Of a stretch of 64,000 nucleotides of DNA, positions 10,572 through 20,686 are shown one piece after another. The notes below the pieces were generated by a model, which was not told where the DNA came from, searched no databases, and saw only the letters and a list, made by a program, of their open reading frames with translations. Position 1 is the first letter of the stretch. Each line of letters begins with the position of its first letter. The DNA comes from a phage. The position numbers were made by a program, and so were the translations under genes. The stretch lies in the sequence record PV636258.1, one strand, 5' to 3'.

Positions 10572-12761
10572 TTAATAAACTAAACCATCTGCAGACATAC
10601 CAACACAATACCAATGAGAAAAGTTAGCATCCCACACAAAGGACAATCCTTTTTGTTTACCAGATTCTGGAGGAACAAATCCCCCAATACGGAAACTGTC
10701 TCCCCAATTTACAGTAAGTGGTTGCCCTGATGTATTATAGATAATCATGTCCATACGCATCCCGTCTCTGGCATTATCTAAAGTATTGATGGTTATTGTG
10801 GAAGATGTCGCGTTAATAGTTGCTAAACTACATTTCATGGGATCTATGGTTACTGTCCCTGTCCCATCATGTTGAACTCTTTTGTTAACAGGGTTAGTCG
10901 AACCTGTATAAGTCGCGTTGCTTATGTTATACAAAGAATCCCAGTCATTTGTTTTATCATCATCTAAAATAGTGGCCGACGCGCCTAATAGCATAGTTCC
11001 TTCTATTTTATTCCCCTTTGTACCTCCATAAAAATGGAATCCAGAAGAAGAACCACCAATCCAACGGTTAAATTCAGCGCCTTGTATTTGCGACGATGGA
11101 GAACTATAACCCGCCATAACCCCCAAAAATAAGTTACTTGTCGCGGTTTTACGCAACAACACATCGCCATCAGAGTTAACTTCCATGTCCATTCCAATAA
11201 CCGTATTTGTAACCGCAGTTTGCGCCAAATCAGATTCATGTCCAAAAGCGATACCGAAACGACAACCTTCAGAAGTACCATTCATAAATATAGTATTGAT
11301 ACAGAATGTTGCTTCGATACCTGCTTCTGTCGTATGTTCACAAACAGGATTAATAAACGTATCGGCAGAAGTACCTCTTTTACTCGGAGATCCTTCTTCA
11401 TAATCGATTAATATTCCATATTTTGGTGTAGTGGTAAACAATTCCACATTCTTACTACAATGAAAATTATTATACAAATTACATTGAGTCCACCAACAAT
11501 GAAGCCCCGCACGAGAAATATTTGTGGCGCGTAAATTATCAAATCTAGAAGAAATTACTCCTCGAAGTGAAAACCCGTCTTTAGCAAATCCCTTTCCATC
11601 TACAATAATATTGCTCATATATGCTTCGTAGCCCCAATACATCAGGTCTGTATCACGAAAATCAAATTGTATAACATAATCATGATCACCACCAGTTAAT
11701 TCAATACGAGCGCCCTTCTCTCCTATTAAAGTCACAGGTTTGGTAAAATTCAATGGTAAACTGGTAAGATAAATCCCTTTAGGAAAGTATATGACCAATC
11801 CTGATAAAGCCCCTGCAACTGCTAATTGTAATCCGGCGGTATCATCGGTAACACCATCTCCTTTGCAACCATAATCCTTAACACTTATCGGATTATCTTC
11901 TAATTTAGAAGTAACAGAACGTACCAATGCACCAACTGCCGAATTCTTAAAATTAACCAAATTTGTACCCGTTGGACTACCTAATTCTGCTCTCAGTAAT
12001 GCAGCACTATTAGGCAATGGCAACAAATTAACCTGAACATCTCCTGGGTTGTAATTCAATTTCCCACCAGATACAGAAGAAATGACAGAACCATCAGGAA
12101 TGGTTGGTAAACCATAACTGGTTTGCGTCGCTATGTCATAAACAACTTTCTTCCCATCCAACAAAGATATGGTGTCCGTACTAACGATGACTTCAGAGTC
12201 TTTAACATTAGCAGAACGGGCAATTTCTTGAATACTGCGGTCAAACAACGGACTGATATTCGGTTGTTTAACAGACATTTCAGCGACTACCCAAACGCCT
12301 GCAGTCAGTGCAGTTTGCAAAGACACTTTCCCTGTCGTGCTGTTATAGGAATATTCAATTTCTGGTGTTTTGTACTCGCCACCGATATAAAGAGATTGGA
12401 CACCATAGGATGTGAAATCAGGAGTGAACTCGGTTTCACCTCCTACGGCCTGAAATTTGTATATGCGGATACCTTTGGCTGTATCTTCTGGCGAAAGAAT
12501 TTTATCGAATAAGCAATACACAACATCGCCTTTGGACAATGCGCGCCCGAGATTCAACATATTTCCTTCGATTTCAAAGTTGTCTAACGGAACTTGCATA
12601 CCACCGTTGATTGTGATAACACCAGTGACGGGATGGAACGGCAAAGAAAGGAAAGTTTCTCCACCGACATTTGATTTATACGTGAAAGGAATCTGGTGGG
12701 GAGCTGTGATTACGCCGCCGAATAATTCTTCTACATTTCTAGTCATTTGAAAATACCCCAT
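10572..12761 (-). CDS. Tailspike-like protein (729 aa)
   Basis: Partial copy of the shared anchor module (residues about 180-270), beta-helix-like C-terminal region; part of the four-gene tandem array. Confidence 0.6.
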   Translation of the reverse strand: MGYFQMTRNVEELFGGVITAPHQIPFTYKSNVGGETFLSLPFHPVTGVITINGGMQVPLDNFEIEGNMLNLGRALSKGDVVYCLFDKILSPEDTAKGIRIYKFQAVGGETEFTPDFTSYGVQSLYIGGEYKTPEIEYSYNSTTGKVSLQTALTAGVWVVAEMSVKQPNISPLFDRSIQEIARSANVKDSEVIVSTDTISLLDGKKVVYDIATQTSYGLPTIPDGSVISSVSGGKLNYNPGDVQVNLLPLPNSAALLRAELGSPTGTNLVNFKNSAVGALVRSVTSKLEDNPISVKDYGCKGDGVTDDTAGLQLAVAGALSGLVIYFPKGIYLTSLPLNFTKPVTLIGEKGARIELTGGDHDYVIQFDFRDTDLMYWGYEAYMSNIIVDGKGFAKDGFSLRGVISSRFDNLRATNISRAGLHCWWTQCNLYNNFHCSKNVELFTTTPKYGILIDYEEGSPSKRGTSADTFINPVCEHTTEAGIEATFCINTIFMNGTSEGCRFGIAFGHESDLAQTAVTNTVIGMDMEVNSDGDVLLRKTATSNLFLGVMAGYSSPSSQIQGAEFNRWIGGSSSGFHFYGGTKGNKIEGTMLLGASATILDDDKTNDWDSLYNISNATYTGSTNPVNKRVQHDGTGTVTIDPMKCSLATINATSSTITINTLDNARDGMRMDMIIYNTSGQPLTVNWGDSFRIGGFVPPESGKQKGLSFVWDANFSHWYCVGMSADGLVY

Positions 12762-12767
12762 AAAGGA

Positions 12768-12805
12768 TTTGCCAATATGGGGTATTTAGTCTGAACTAAT
12801 AAAAT
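12768..12805 (-). promoter_or_regulatory. Conserved hairpin directly upstream of tailspike start codon, 3-prime arm contains the GGGG ribosome-binding site
   Basis: ATACCCCATA / TATGGGGTAT 10-bp inverted repeat; nearly identical cassettes at 14992-15028 and 18598-18637. Confidence 0.5.
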
Positions 12806-12829
12806 TTATGAACAAAGGTATAATAAGAA

Positions 12830-12845
12830 CCCCGCCAAAGCGGGG
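12830..12845. terminator. Intrinsic terminator (CCCCGC-CAAA-GCGGGG)
   Basis: Same GC hairpin as at 8546 and 15067, T-rich on the minus strand downstream of gene 12859-14985. Confidence 0.55.
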
Positions 12846-12858
12846 CATAAGTTACTTA

Positions 12859-14985
12859 TTACACAGATAACTTCATACGTGTTTTACTTCCATCAGGGAG
12901 TCGTATCAAAGCCCACAGTGCACCCGCATCTAAGTACAAGGACATTGTATTAATATCCAACACACCTTCATCCGGTAATACTGTACCAGAAATAGGTAGC
13001 TCAGTTGTCTTATAATCTCCTCGGTTAACCTTGAGAGATACAGCATTAGGGGTTGAACCAGAGAGTGCAGTTAACTCAGTCCATGCTGAACCAGAACCAG
13101 CAGAACCGTTCAGATGGGAACGTAAAGCACCACTATCCAGAGTAGCTGACAGCTTGTTAATACGTAGAGCCAACTCAGCAGTATCACTATTGAACCCGAT
13201 GACTCTAGACTGACCTAATACTGGGTCAAGTAAGTTACCAACAAGAATTTTATCTGGAGGAACATTACCGACCAACCCACTTATTGTGGAGTTTGGTGCA
13301 CTGATAACCAGACCATTTGATGGTTGTGGTTTAATCCCTGCAGCCCTAATCCCATTAACAATACAATCACCTATAATGATAATTTGGTCAGAATCAAAAT
13401 TAAGGTAGTTACAATCAATAACTGTAATGTTAGAAAATACACGGTTGTAAGTATGTGCAAGCATACCTGCACCAGCACAATCCTGTACGGTAACGTTAGA
13501 AACATACCCACCACGACCATCCATACCTAAACCAACACCAAGTGAGTTCATAACAAGAATATTATCAACCAAATGGTTATTAGGCAGTTGGTGGAATGGA
13601 TATTCAGATACAGGTAAATCCCCAGGTCTATCCGGTTCTGGTGCCATACCTGGGTCAGAACCCAAGTCAAAACCATTCCAAACAGGAGACAATGCAACAG
13701 AATCCCTGAACTGTAGATTATAGTTACGTGCAGTACCACCACCAACGGAACCCTGATAAGTCTTGAAACCAGACTCACCAGCTCGCCATGATGTAACACC
13801 AATAACTCCACCATTGTGGGATTCACCACCATTATTTCTCAGGAACTGAACACCACTACCAGAACCATAATGAACACGTCCACCAATAACATAATTACCT
13901 AATCCCCAATCACCACTAAGGTTCTCAAAGGTAATGATTCCATCTTTACCACCAATGATGCTATCTGAATCAATTACCTTGCAGTGATGACAACTACGGA
14001 AAAGGTAAGCAGCCATAAGACCACCAGCATTTCTTATTTCTACTCGGCTGGCACTGCGAATATCTAGAGTGGCTGTAATATGTTGGTCTTTAACGTTCTG
14101 TGGGAGTAATGCCTCTAATCCAGGGAATTTAACCCAGTCATTTACCCCAGGTTGATAGCCTTCAATCTTTGATTGCTTCAGCGTTGCAGCAACAAGGGCA
14201 GCATCTGTAATCCATTTACCATCAGCATCCCACGGGAAAATGACCCATGGAGTAGTCTTGCTCTCCATGAATGGTTGATTAATTACCGAGCCTGGCCCCA
14301 TATTATTAAAGATTAAAGCCCCATCTCCAATAAACTTAGCCTTACAGTTAATGGTTAAAATCTTACCACCAAAATCTACAGACTCACCATCTGTGAAGTT
14401 GTAATTGATATCAATAAGCAATCCATCTACGGCTGCTGTCGCTGCATCCTGTAATGTAGAATAATCAGATAACTTTACTGAATATTTGAATTTTTTGTTG
14501 GCTTCCTGTCTAAATGCTGCGTCACCAACACTCAACCATGCACCTAAACCAACACCACCTGAACTATCTGGAGTAGAACCAGCGGCAACTACCTTTGGCA
14601 AAGAACCATCCCATCGATATTTTTTATCATCGTGAACAAGAAGTTCATTTTTCACATTAATGGTATGGCCGAAATTAAAAGAACCAGGTAAAGTCACATA
14701 TTCTTCGCGGCTTACTGCTAATTCCCCAAGGTCAACAGAGCCAGCGGAATGAGTGAGGATAGCTCTTTCATCCAGACTAATTGCAGTTGTCCCTGAAACA
14801 ATACCGAAAGGGAGAGAATAAGCCCGTTGGGTAGACTCATCATAAATTACTTTAAATCCACTGAGATCAATACCAGCAGTGAAATAAATGACTTCGTCTT
14901 CTTTGACACCGAAATTTCGAGCGATAGATTGTTTGTTAACTTCTATGGAAGTGGAGCCGCGTGGTTGATTGAATTGAGAAATCAT
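12859..14985 (-). CDS. Tailspike-like protein (708 aa)
   Basis: Shares N-terminal anchor module (ARNFGVKEDEVIYFTAGIDLSGFKVIYDE...GGVGLGAWLSVGD); C-terminal beta-helix-like repeats. Confidence 0.65.
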   Translation of the reverse strand: MISQFNQPRGSTSIEVNKQSIARNFGVKEDEVIYFTAGIDLSGFKVIYDESTQRAYSLPFGIVSGTTAISLDERAILTHSAGSVDLGELAVSREEYVTLPGSFNFGHTINVKNELLVHDDKKYRWDGSLPKVVAAGSTPDSSGGVGLGAWLSVGDAAFRQEANKKFKYSVKLSDYSTLQDAATAAVDGLLIDINYNFTDGESVDFGGKILTINCKAKFIGDGALIFNNMGPGSVINQPFMESKTTPWVIFPWDADGKWITDAALVAATLKQSKIEGYQPGVNDWVKFPGLEALLPQNVKDQHITATLDIRSASRVEIRNAGGLMAAYLFRSCHHCKVIDSDSIIGGKDGIITFENLSGDWGLGNYVIGGRVHYGSGSGVQFLRNNGGESHNGGVIGVTSWRAGESGFKTYQGSVGGGTARNYNLQFRDSVALSPVWNGFDLGSDPGMAPEPDRPGDLPVSEYPFHQLPNNHLVDNILVMNSLGVGLGMDGRGGYVSNVTVQDCAGAGMLAHTYNRVFSNITVIDCNYLNFDSDQIIIIGDCIVNGIRAAGIKPQPSNGLVISAPNSTISGLVGNVPPDKILVGNLLDPVLGQSRVIGFNSDTAELALRINKLSATLDSGALRSHLNGSAGSGSAWTELTALSGSTPNAVSLKVNRGDYKTTELPISGTVLPDEGVLDINTMSLYLDAGALWALIRLPDGSKTRMKLSV

Positions 14986-15066
14986 GATAATACCCCATAA
15001 AGGATGACCAATATGGGGTATTTAGTCTGAATTAACAAAATTTTATAAACATGGATATAATAAGAA

Positions 15067-15082
15067 CCCCGCCGAAGCGGGG
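15067..15082. terminator. Intrinsic terminator (CCCCGC-CGAA-GCGGGG)
   Basis: GC hairpin followed by TTTTT. Confidence 0.55.
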
Positions 15083-15088
15083 TTTTTA

Positions 15089-18000
15089 CTATGATGTAAA
15101 TTTCATTGCATCCCATGTTGTACCATTATGTCGATACCCGAAAATATTTGATGCCCCAGCAATAACATCATATCTGTCACCAGACGCATTACCAAAAGGC
15201 CTGTCAGGAACAGAAGTTGTGTCAGTTGCTAAAATGCCTTTAAACCACCATCCATTCTGGGTGTTTGGTTTGTATTTGTAAAATTGTTTAACATATGGTT
15301 GAGTTGGCGAGTCAACATTAATTTGCCCATGAATACCAGCGTATCCGTATAAAGGTTCACTGGTATTCACATCACTGTATACATCAATGTTGAAGTAGTA
15401 ATCCTGTACGGATAGTGGAGCTATCCCAAGCGCTGGATGCATCCATCTATCTGTTTTAATATCAGCAGTGAATTGCACAACACCAACAGTCACTCCTGCT
15501 GCTTGTTGTAATAAACCCAGGACACCACCAAACTGACAATTTGTCATATTCCATTTAATATGCATTTCAGCAAGGTGAACAAGATAATCGTTGGCAAATT
15601 TATTGGTAAACCTTATGGCTGTGTTGTCTGATAATTGAGGTGAACCGTTGGTCCCGCAAGAGACAAAAGAGTCATTGCTGTTGAAAGTAGCACCTGTTTT
15701 TTGTTTACCCAAGCGAACACACCCCCAAAAACCTGAGAAAGTGTTATTTTCACTAACAACTTCTTTGAAATAGTCCAGGTCATAAGCAACGTTTGCAGCT
15801 TTTTGTTCAGTTGTCCAATCTGTGGCTCTGTTTTTTTGCAATATGTTATTATTTGCAGAGTAAATAATTGCATTAATAGTGGTTGGGTCAGATGACAAAA
15901 CAGACGGCTGCTGTGTTGTGAATGCCGCAGTATTAGGATACCCGATAACTTGCTTTTCTGATCGTAGCGTTACAGTATTACCAATAAATCTGGCAACAGT
16001 TGTAACGTTAGGTACGGTATCCAGAACCAAAGCACTACCTGCGTCCTCACAGACGTTATTTGTGAAGGTGACTATAGATGTCGATGTAGCACCGTCGTTA
16101 GCCTTCAGGAATGGGTAGCGAGCTTTTTTGGTGATGCATCCATCAACGATCCCATTACCATGACACTCAAATACCGTACACATGTCTGACATGGTTGGCT
16201 GGATACATTTAACGTTATTTATAACGTAGCCATCGGAATGAATTCTTATTGATGAGTGGTCTGTTAGGTTACTGTTTCCAGTCACAGCGTCAGCAACGCG
16301 ATAGAAGTTGCAATTCTCTACACGCGTATTGTAGCTGTTGAACGCTGCCTGAGCTTCCTGGAATACCATTACGTTTGCACCAGGAGCATTCTTGACGTTA
16401 ACACCAGAAACAACCACACCGTTACTACCTTCGTAACATGCTACTGCTGGACAGTGAGCTTGTGCTCCAGACCAGTTCAATGGCGGGACAAGGTTATTGT
16501 CACCATTTTCATCAATTAGCATATCGTGGACATATGCGTTCTGAATTTCACGAATACCATCACCGAAAACTACAAAGCCTTTAGTGCCCCCGTTTTCCTT
16601 ATTGCGCTCAACAACACCATCGGCAACATACAGTAACGTTGCGTCGCCATCGCCGATGAAAGTAACGTTGTTGCGAAGAAAAATCATAACTTCCTGATTA
16701 CGATAAATAGTCAGACCATGCGCCGTGCCTTCCACAAGAGTCGTTTTATCCAACAGATAAGTGCCAGCAGGAACCATGACAACTTGCTGGGATCCGAATA
16801 GTTCCGCACGTTTCTCCGCATGATAACCTGCGAGGTTTATAGCATCGACCGCGTCTGCACCGATCTTATCTGCGATAGAATAGTTGTTATCAGCACCCCA
16901 GTTTGTAACAGACTGCCAATCATAATCTGTTAAATATCCAACACAGTAAAAATCGGGATAGTCTGGAACAGTTCCCGGCGCTACTGTATAACCACCACTT
17001 TGTATAGCACCATATTTAACCCAGAAAAGACCACTTGAATCAACAAGAGCTTGCTCGTTGGTGGTTAAAACTGAACCTTGCAAGAAAGACCCAAACTTCT
17101 CGAATTTACTATTGATATAATTATTAGCTACCCATTGGCGGGATGTTTCATCACCAACACCCACCCACGATCCAATCCCAACACCCCCAGATGTTTCAGG
17201 TGTTGATCCAGCATCGACAGTTTTAGGAAGTGTGCCATCCCAGCGATACTTTCCATCAGTATGTGTAAGCAATTCATTTTTAGTATTGATGACAGCACCA
17301 GAATCAAATGTCCCAGACAATGTAACATATTCTTCACGAGATACAGCTAATGCGCCCAGATCAACACTACCAGCAGAATGCACAAGTATAGCCGAAGAAC
17401 TAAGGCTGACTGCCGTGGTTCCAGTCGGTAGCTCTGGAATAAAATATGATCTCTGTGTTACTTTATCATAGATAACTTTATACCCGCTTAACACAGCACC
17501 AACACTAAAATAAACGACCTCTGTATCTTTAACATTGGTTACACGAGCCACTTCCCGCAAAGTATAATCAATTTGATTATAGATGTTTGGCGTTCCATTG
17601 ATAATTACAACAACTTCATCCTCTGCATCCAGTTCTTGCGCAAGGGTGATTTTACTGGTTAATGGATCGAATGTGAACCCCAGATTTTTATACTGGCGAC
17701 TTCCGTTTATATCAATGGCCGGAACATCATCAACAACGACGTCCAACGTGATTTCGGTTTCACCGCCAATCGCTGAACCCCCATTATAGACCCAGGTAAT
17801 CGTAGAAGAACCAGAACCACCGCCATTACCCAATTGAATAGGAGTATATTCAATCACCTGAAGTTCTGTGCTGGCTGGCAAAGAAGGACTGAAAGTGATT
17901 AAATTCCCATCTAGTGAATATTTGGATTCCGCAAGACGTTTTCCGTCAGCATACACGTCCACGATTGTTGGTGGAGTATTGAGAGTGACAGCACTTGTTT

Positions 18001-18592
18001 CAGACGCCAAAATTTGTGTAAAGATTTCACGACTGTAGACACGGCCTTGGCCAAGACCGACGCCGGATGTGATAACCCAACCTTGTTCAGGTCCAGACCA
18101 AGTGAACGTTGCTGATACGTTATCAGTTGTTATAGCCATGTCTTCAGTGGTGCCATACAAATTATTTCCAGAAGGAGACACGGTCAATGGGTAAGTGGCA
18201 AATTTCCCATAAGCATCACAAATAGTAACGGAATCCCCAATACGCGTAGGGGAAGGGAGAACCACTGTAGATGTCCCTGTTGTATTATTAATGAGATAGC
18301 CACGACCTTCTAACAAATTGCTAGAGGGAGCGTAAGGGAGCGTTTCCCAGCGTATTCCACCGCCCCCCAAAGACAACCAACCACCGTTTTCGTAATAACC
18401 TTCAAATTCATCACTATCAGGATTGTAACGCACAGAAGATGGAAGACCTGTAACTTCAGTATCTTCAGGAAATGTCATTACGGCACCAGGGGAATGCTCA
18501 ATAGTGCCGGAGTTGTTGAAGCCTTTTATGTTCGAAGACTCAGAAGTTTCTAAACCCAAAGGGAAAAGAGGCTGTGTTGGTTTGTTGGCCAT
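15089..18592 (-). CDS. Tailspike-like protein (1167 aa) with extra N-terminal domain
   Basis: Shared anchor module is internal (about residues 340-470: ARVTNVKDTEVVYFSVGAVLSGYKVIYDK...GGVGIGSWVGVGD) preceded by about 340 extra residues; C-terminal beta-helix-like region. Confidence 0.65.
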   Translation of the reverse strand: MANKPTQPLFPLGLETSESSNIKGFNNSGTIEHSPGAVMTFPEDTEVTGLPSSVRYNPDSDEFEGYYENGGWLSLGGGGIRWETLPYAPSSNLLEGRGYLINNTTGTSTVVLPSPTRIGDSVTICDAYGKFATYPLTVSPSGNNLYGTTEDMAITTDNVSATFTWSGPEQGWVITSGVGLGQGRVYSREIFTQILASETSAVTLNTPPTIVDVYADGKRLAESKYSLDGNLITFSPSLPASTELQVIEYTPIQLGNGGGSGSSTITWVYNGGSAIGGETEITLDVVVDDVPAIDINGSRQYKNLGFTFDPLTSKITLAQELDAEDEVVVIINGTPNIYNQIDYTLREVARVTNVKDTEVVYFSVGAVLSGYKVIYDKVTQRSYFIPELPTGTTAVSLSSSAILVHSAGSVDLGALAVSREEYVTLSGTFDSGAVINTKNELLTHTDGKYRWDGTLPKTVDAGSTPETSGGVGIGSWVGVGDETSRQWVANNYINSKFEKFGSFLQGSVLTTNEQALVDSSGLFWVKYGAIQSGGYTVAPGTVPDYPDFYCVGYLTDYDWQSVTNWGADNNYSIADKIGADAVDAINLAGYHAEKRAELFGSQQVVMVPAGTYLLDKTTLVEGTAHGLTIYRNQEVMIFLRNNVTFIGDGDATLLYVADGVVERNKENGGTKGFVVFGDGIREIQNAYVHDMLIDENGDNNLVPPLNWSGAQAHCPAVACYEGSNGVVVSGVNVKNAPGANVMVFQEAQAAFNSYNTRVENCNFYRVADAVTGNSNLTDHSSIRIHSDGYVINNVKCIQPTMSDMCTVFECHGNGIVDGCITKKARYPFLKANDGATSTSIVTFTNNVCEDAGSALVLDTVPNVTTVARFIGNTVTLRSEKQVIGYPNTAAFTTQQPSVLSSDPTTINAIIYSANNNILQKNRATDWTTEQKAANVAYDLDYFKEVVSENNTFSGFWGCVRLGKQKTGATFNSNDSFVSCGTNGSPQLSDNTAIRFTNKFANDYLVHLAEMHIKWNMTNCQFGGVLGLLQQAAGVTVGVVQFTADIKTDRWMHPALGIAPLSVQDYYFNIDVYSDVNTSEPLYGYAGIHGQINVDSPTQPYVKQFYKYKPNTQNGWWFKGILATDTTSVPDRPFGNASGDRYDVIAGASNIFGYRHNGTTWDAMKFTS

Positions 18593-18638
18593 TTGTAATA
18601 CCCCTAAATGTATTCATGTCATCTAGGGGTATTTAGTT

Positions 18639-19829
18639 TTAGAAAGAAGCTGCAATAGAATAGTCGACAGAACAAGCAGTTGTCGTATTTGCATTAACAA
18701 CGGAAATTCTCAATTTACCACCCACCACAGCCCCTGTGAACGTCACTGTACCGCTCGTACTTTTCTGAACCAACAACTCTGTTTTGATCGTTCCGTCACG
18801 AGTTATGGTTACTCGATATGTGTCAACAACGTTACCCGTCCCCCATTGCGCAGTTACCAGTATTTGACAAAGGTTCACCAAATCAAAATCTGGAAGAGCC
18901 GTCGTTCCAGAAGCCGAAACCGTATATGACGACAAGTTTGTTTTTGTGCGATAAACTGCGTTCCCTAAACTGTTATCAATTGTGGTCATTTTGGCATTAT
19001 ACGTTGATACATCGACCTTACCAGTCGTGAGAGAACTGATACTGCCGTCCAAGGAAGTCATCTTCGTATTATATGTGCTGACCTCGACTTTATTACCCAG
19101 AGACGTGTTGATATTGGAGATACTCAAATCCAACGACGCCATCTTAGTGTTGTAAGTCGAGGTGTTGACTTTCCCGTTCAACGACGTGTTGATGTTATTA
19201 ATTTGAGACTCTAAACTCAGCATATCTGCATCATACGCTGTCGTTGTCACATATCCATTAAATCGGTTATCTGCAAACAACGCATCAAAAAATGCAGTCA
19301 TTGCCCAATAACGCGCTCCAGAATCTGTTTGTACTGGAACTGAAGTCGGCAACGTTGGTCCGGTATACGCAGACAATCTGGTAAAATCCAAATTGAATTT
19401 GTAATATCCGGATGTCAACAACTCCCCAGCCAAACCAGAACCAGGCGGGGTAGTGTCTTCACTGACGCCATGCTTTCTCAACATGCTCAGGTTAACACCA
19501 TCTGTCGAGTTCGTTGGTTCATCTGTGATTGAAACGGATTTTCCGGCGGGAACTTGTATGCCCCCATTGGTCACCAACAACGCATTGAAAGTCTTTTTGC
19601 CATTGATTGTTTGTTCACCACTATCTGTCCGAATAACTTTGTTGGCCAAAGTATCATTGATTGTGTCAACAGATCTTTTCAACTCGTATGTCAGGCGAGC
19701 AGATGGCGGAAACAATGGGTCGTTAACTTCAAAATCGTTAATAACGTCATTTTTACTTACTTTGTCATCAACAGAACCCAATATCTGATCTATCTGCTGA
19801 CCTGTATATTGACTCAGGAAATCGGCCAT
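18639..19829 (-). CDS. Tail fibre-like protein with tandem short repeats
   Basis: 396 aa; repeated units of the form NINTSLNGKV-TSTYNTKM-SLD-SIS in the middle of the protein. Confidence 0.55.
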   Translation of the reverse strand: MADFLSQYTGQQIDQILGSVDDKVSKNDVINDFEVNDPLFPPSARLTYELKRSVDTINDTLANKVIRTDSGEQTINGKKTFNALLVTNGGIQVPAGKSVSITDEPTNSTDGVNLSMLRKHGVSEDTTPPGSGLAGELLTSGYYKFNLDFTRLSAYTGPTLPTSVPVQTDSGARYWAMTAFFDALFADNRFNGYVTTTAYDADMLSLESQINNINTSLNGKVNTSTYNTKMASLDLSISNINTSLGNKVEVSTYNTKMTSLDGSISSLTTGKVDVSTYNAKMTTIDNSLGNAVYRTKTNLSSYTVSASGTTALPDFDLVNLCQILVTAQWGTGNVVDTYRVTITRDGTIKTELLVQKSTSGTVTFTGAVVGGKLRISVVNANTTTACSVDYSIAASF

Positions 19830-19831
19830 TT

Positions 19832-20686
19832 TTAGCTCCTTGTGCTTTCTAGGAATACAGTAAATCCAGCAGGATGGAAATGCTGACGGAAGACGCGCTC
19901 AAACACACCTTCAAAATCAGATACGTCGCCTGGGACTCCTATAACATAAGTGTATTCATCATAATAGTAATCATCACGCATCCCTGTCGTGCCGTCACAT
20001 TCAAAATTTCCGTCCAGACCGCCTATGTCTTCTTTCGTAAAATAGACGCTGACTGGACAACCGAAATATATCCAAAAGAACAATTCAATCGCTTTCTTTG
20101 TTCCACGTATTTTATAGATGTGTTTCAACAATTTCAGCCAACGCGGATGATCCAGAGTTCTCCGTTTCGTTCCTTCGATATAAACAGAGAACGTATCGCC
20201 CGTGGCCGTCAATAAAGAATCCGAACCGACTGGGATAAAATGTCCAAATTCTTGAAATGATTTATCAACAGTTCGTTGGAAACCAAAATCATTATACCAG
20301 TCATCTATCTGTTTGTTCTTATCTTCTATTGACAGTAGCGGCCTTCCGTCGGAATCTAAAAGTTCTTCGGCATCCAGAGCCATCATGTTCTCAAAGGTAC
20401 GAACCAAGAATTTATCAGACAAATAATCCTTGACCTCTGAGCCTGGGGTCTTGTCGGCCTTTAAATCAATCAGCTGCTTAACTGGAGAATCTTCACTCTC
20501 AGGATTCATCCAACTAGACGTATCTGCCAGATATGCCAAGATCTCTTCTTGAGTGAACCCCTGCTGTCTATACAACCAATTGAAGAACGTGTCCATAAAT
20601 TCTATGAACAGAGGGAAATCATTCTGGTAGAACAACGGAGTTTCATACTTAACCCCGTTGTGTCCATTATTAAGATCTTTGGACAT
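19832..20686 (-). CDS. Hypothetical baseplate-region protein
   Basis: ORF 19832-20719; start moved to ATG at 20686 (MSKDLNNGH) with GAGGTG SD; position between wedge-like and fibre genes. Confidence 0.5.
   Translation of the reverse strand: MSKDLNNGHNGVKYETPLFYQNDFPLFIEFMDTFFNWLYRQQGFTQEEILAYLADTSSWMNPESEDSPVKQLIDLKADKTPGSEVKDYLSDKFLVRTFENMMALDAEELLDSDGRPLLSIEDKNKQIDDWYNDFGFQRTVDKSFQEFGHFIPVGSDSLLTATGDTFSVYIEGTKRRTLDHPRWLKLLKHIYKIRGTKKAIELFFWIYFGCPVSVYFTKEDIGGLDGNFECDGTTGMRDDYYYDEYTYVIGVPGDVSDFEGVFERVFRQHFHPAGFTVFLESTRS

Noticed and set aside
10006-17789. Plus-strand ORFs of 60-130 aa inside the tailspike genes
   Set aside because: Antisense to long, motif-supported minus-strand genes.
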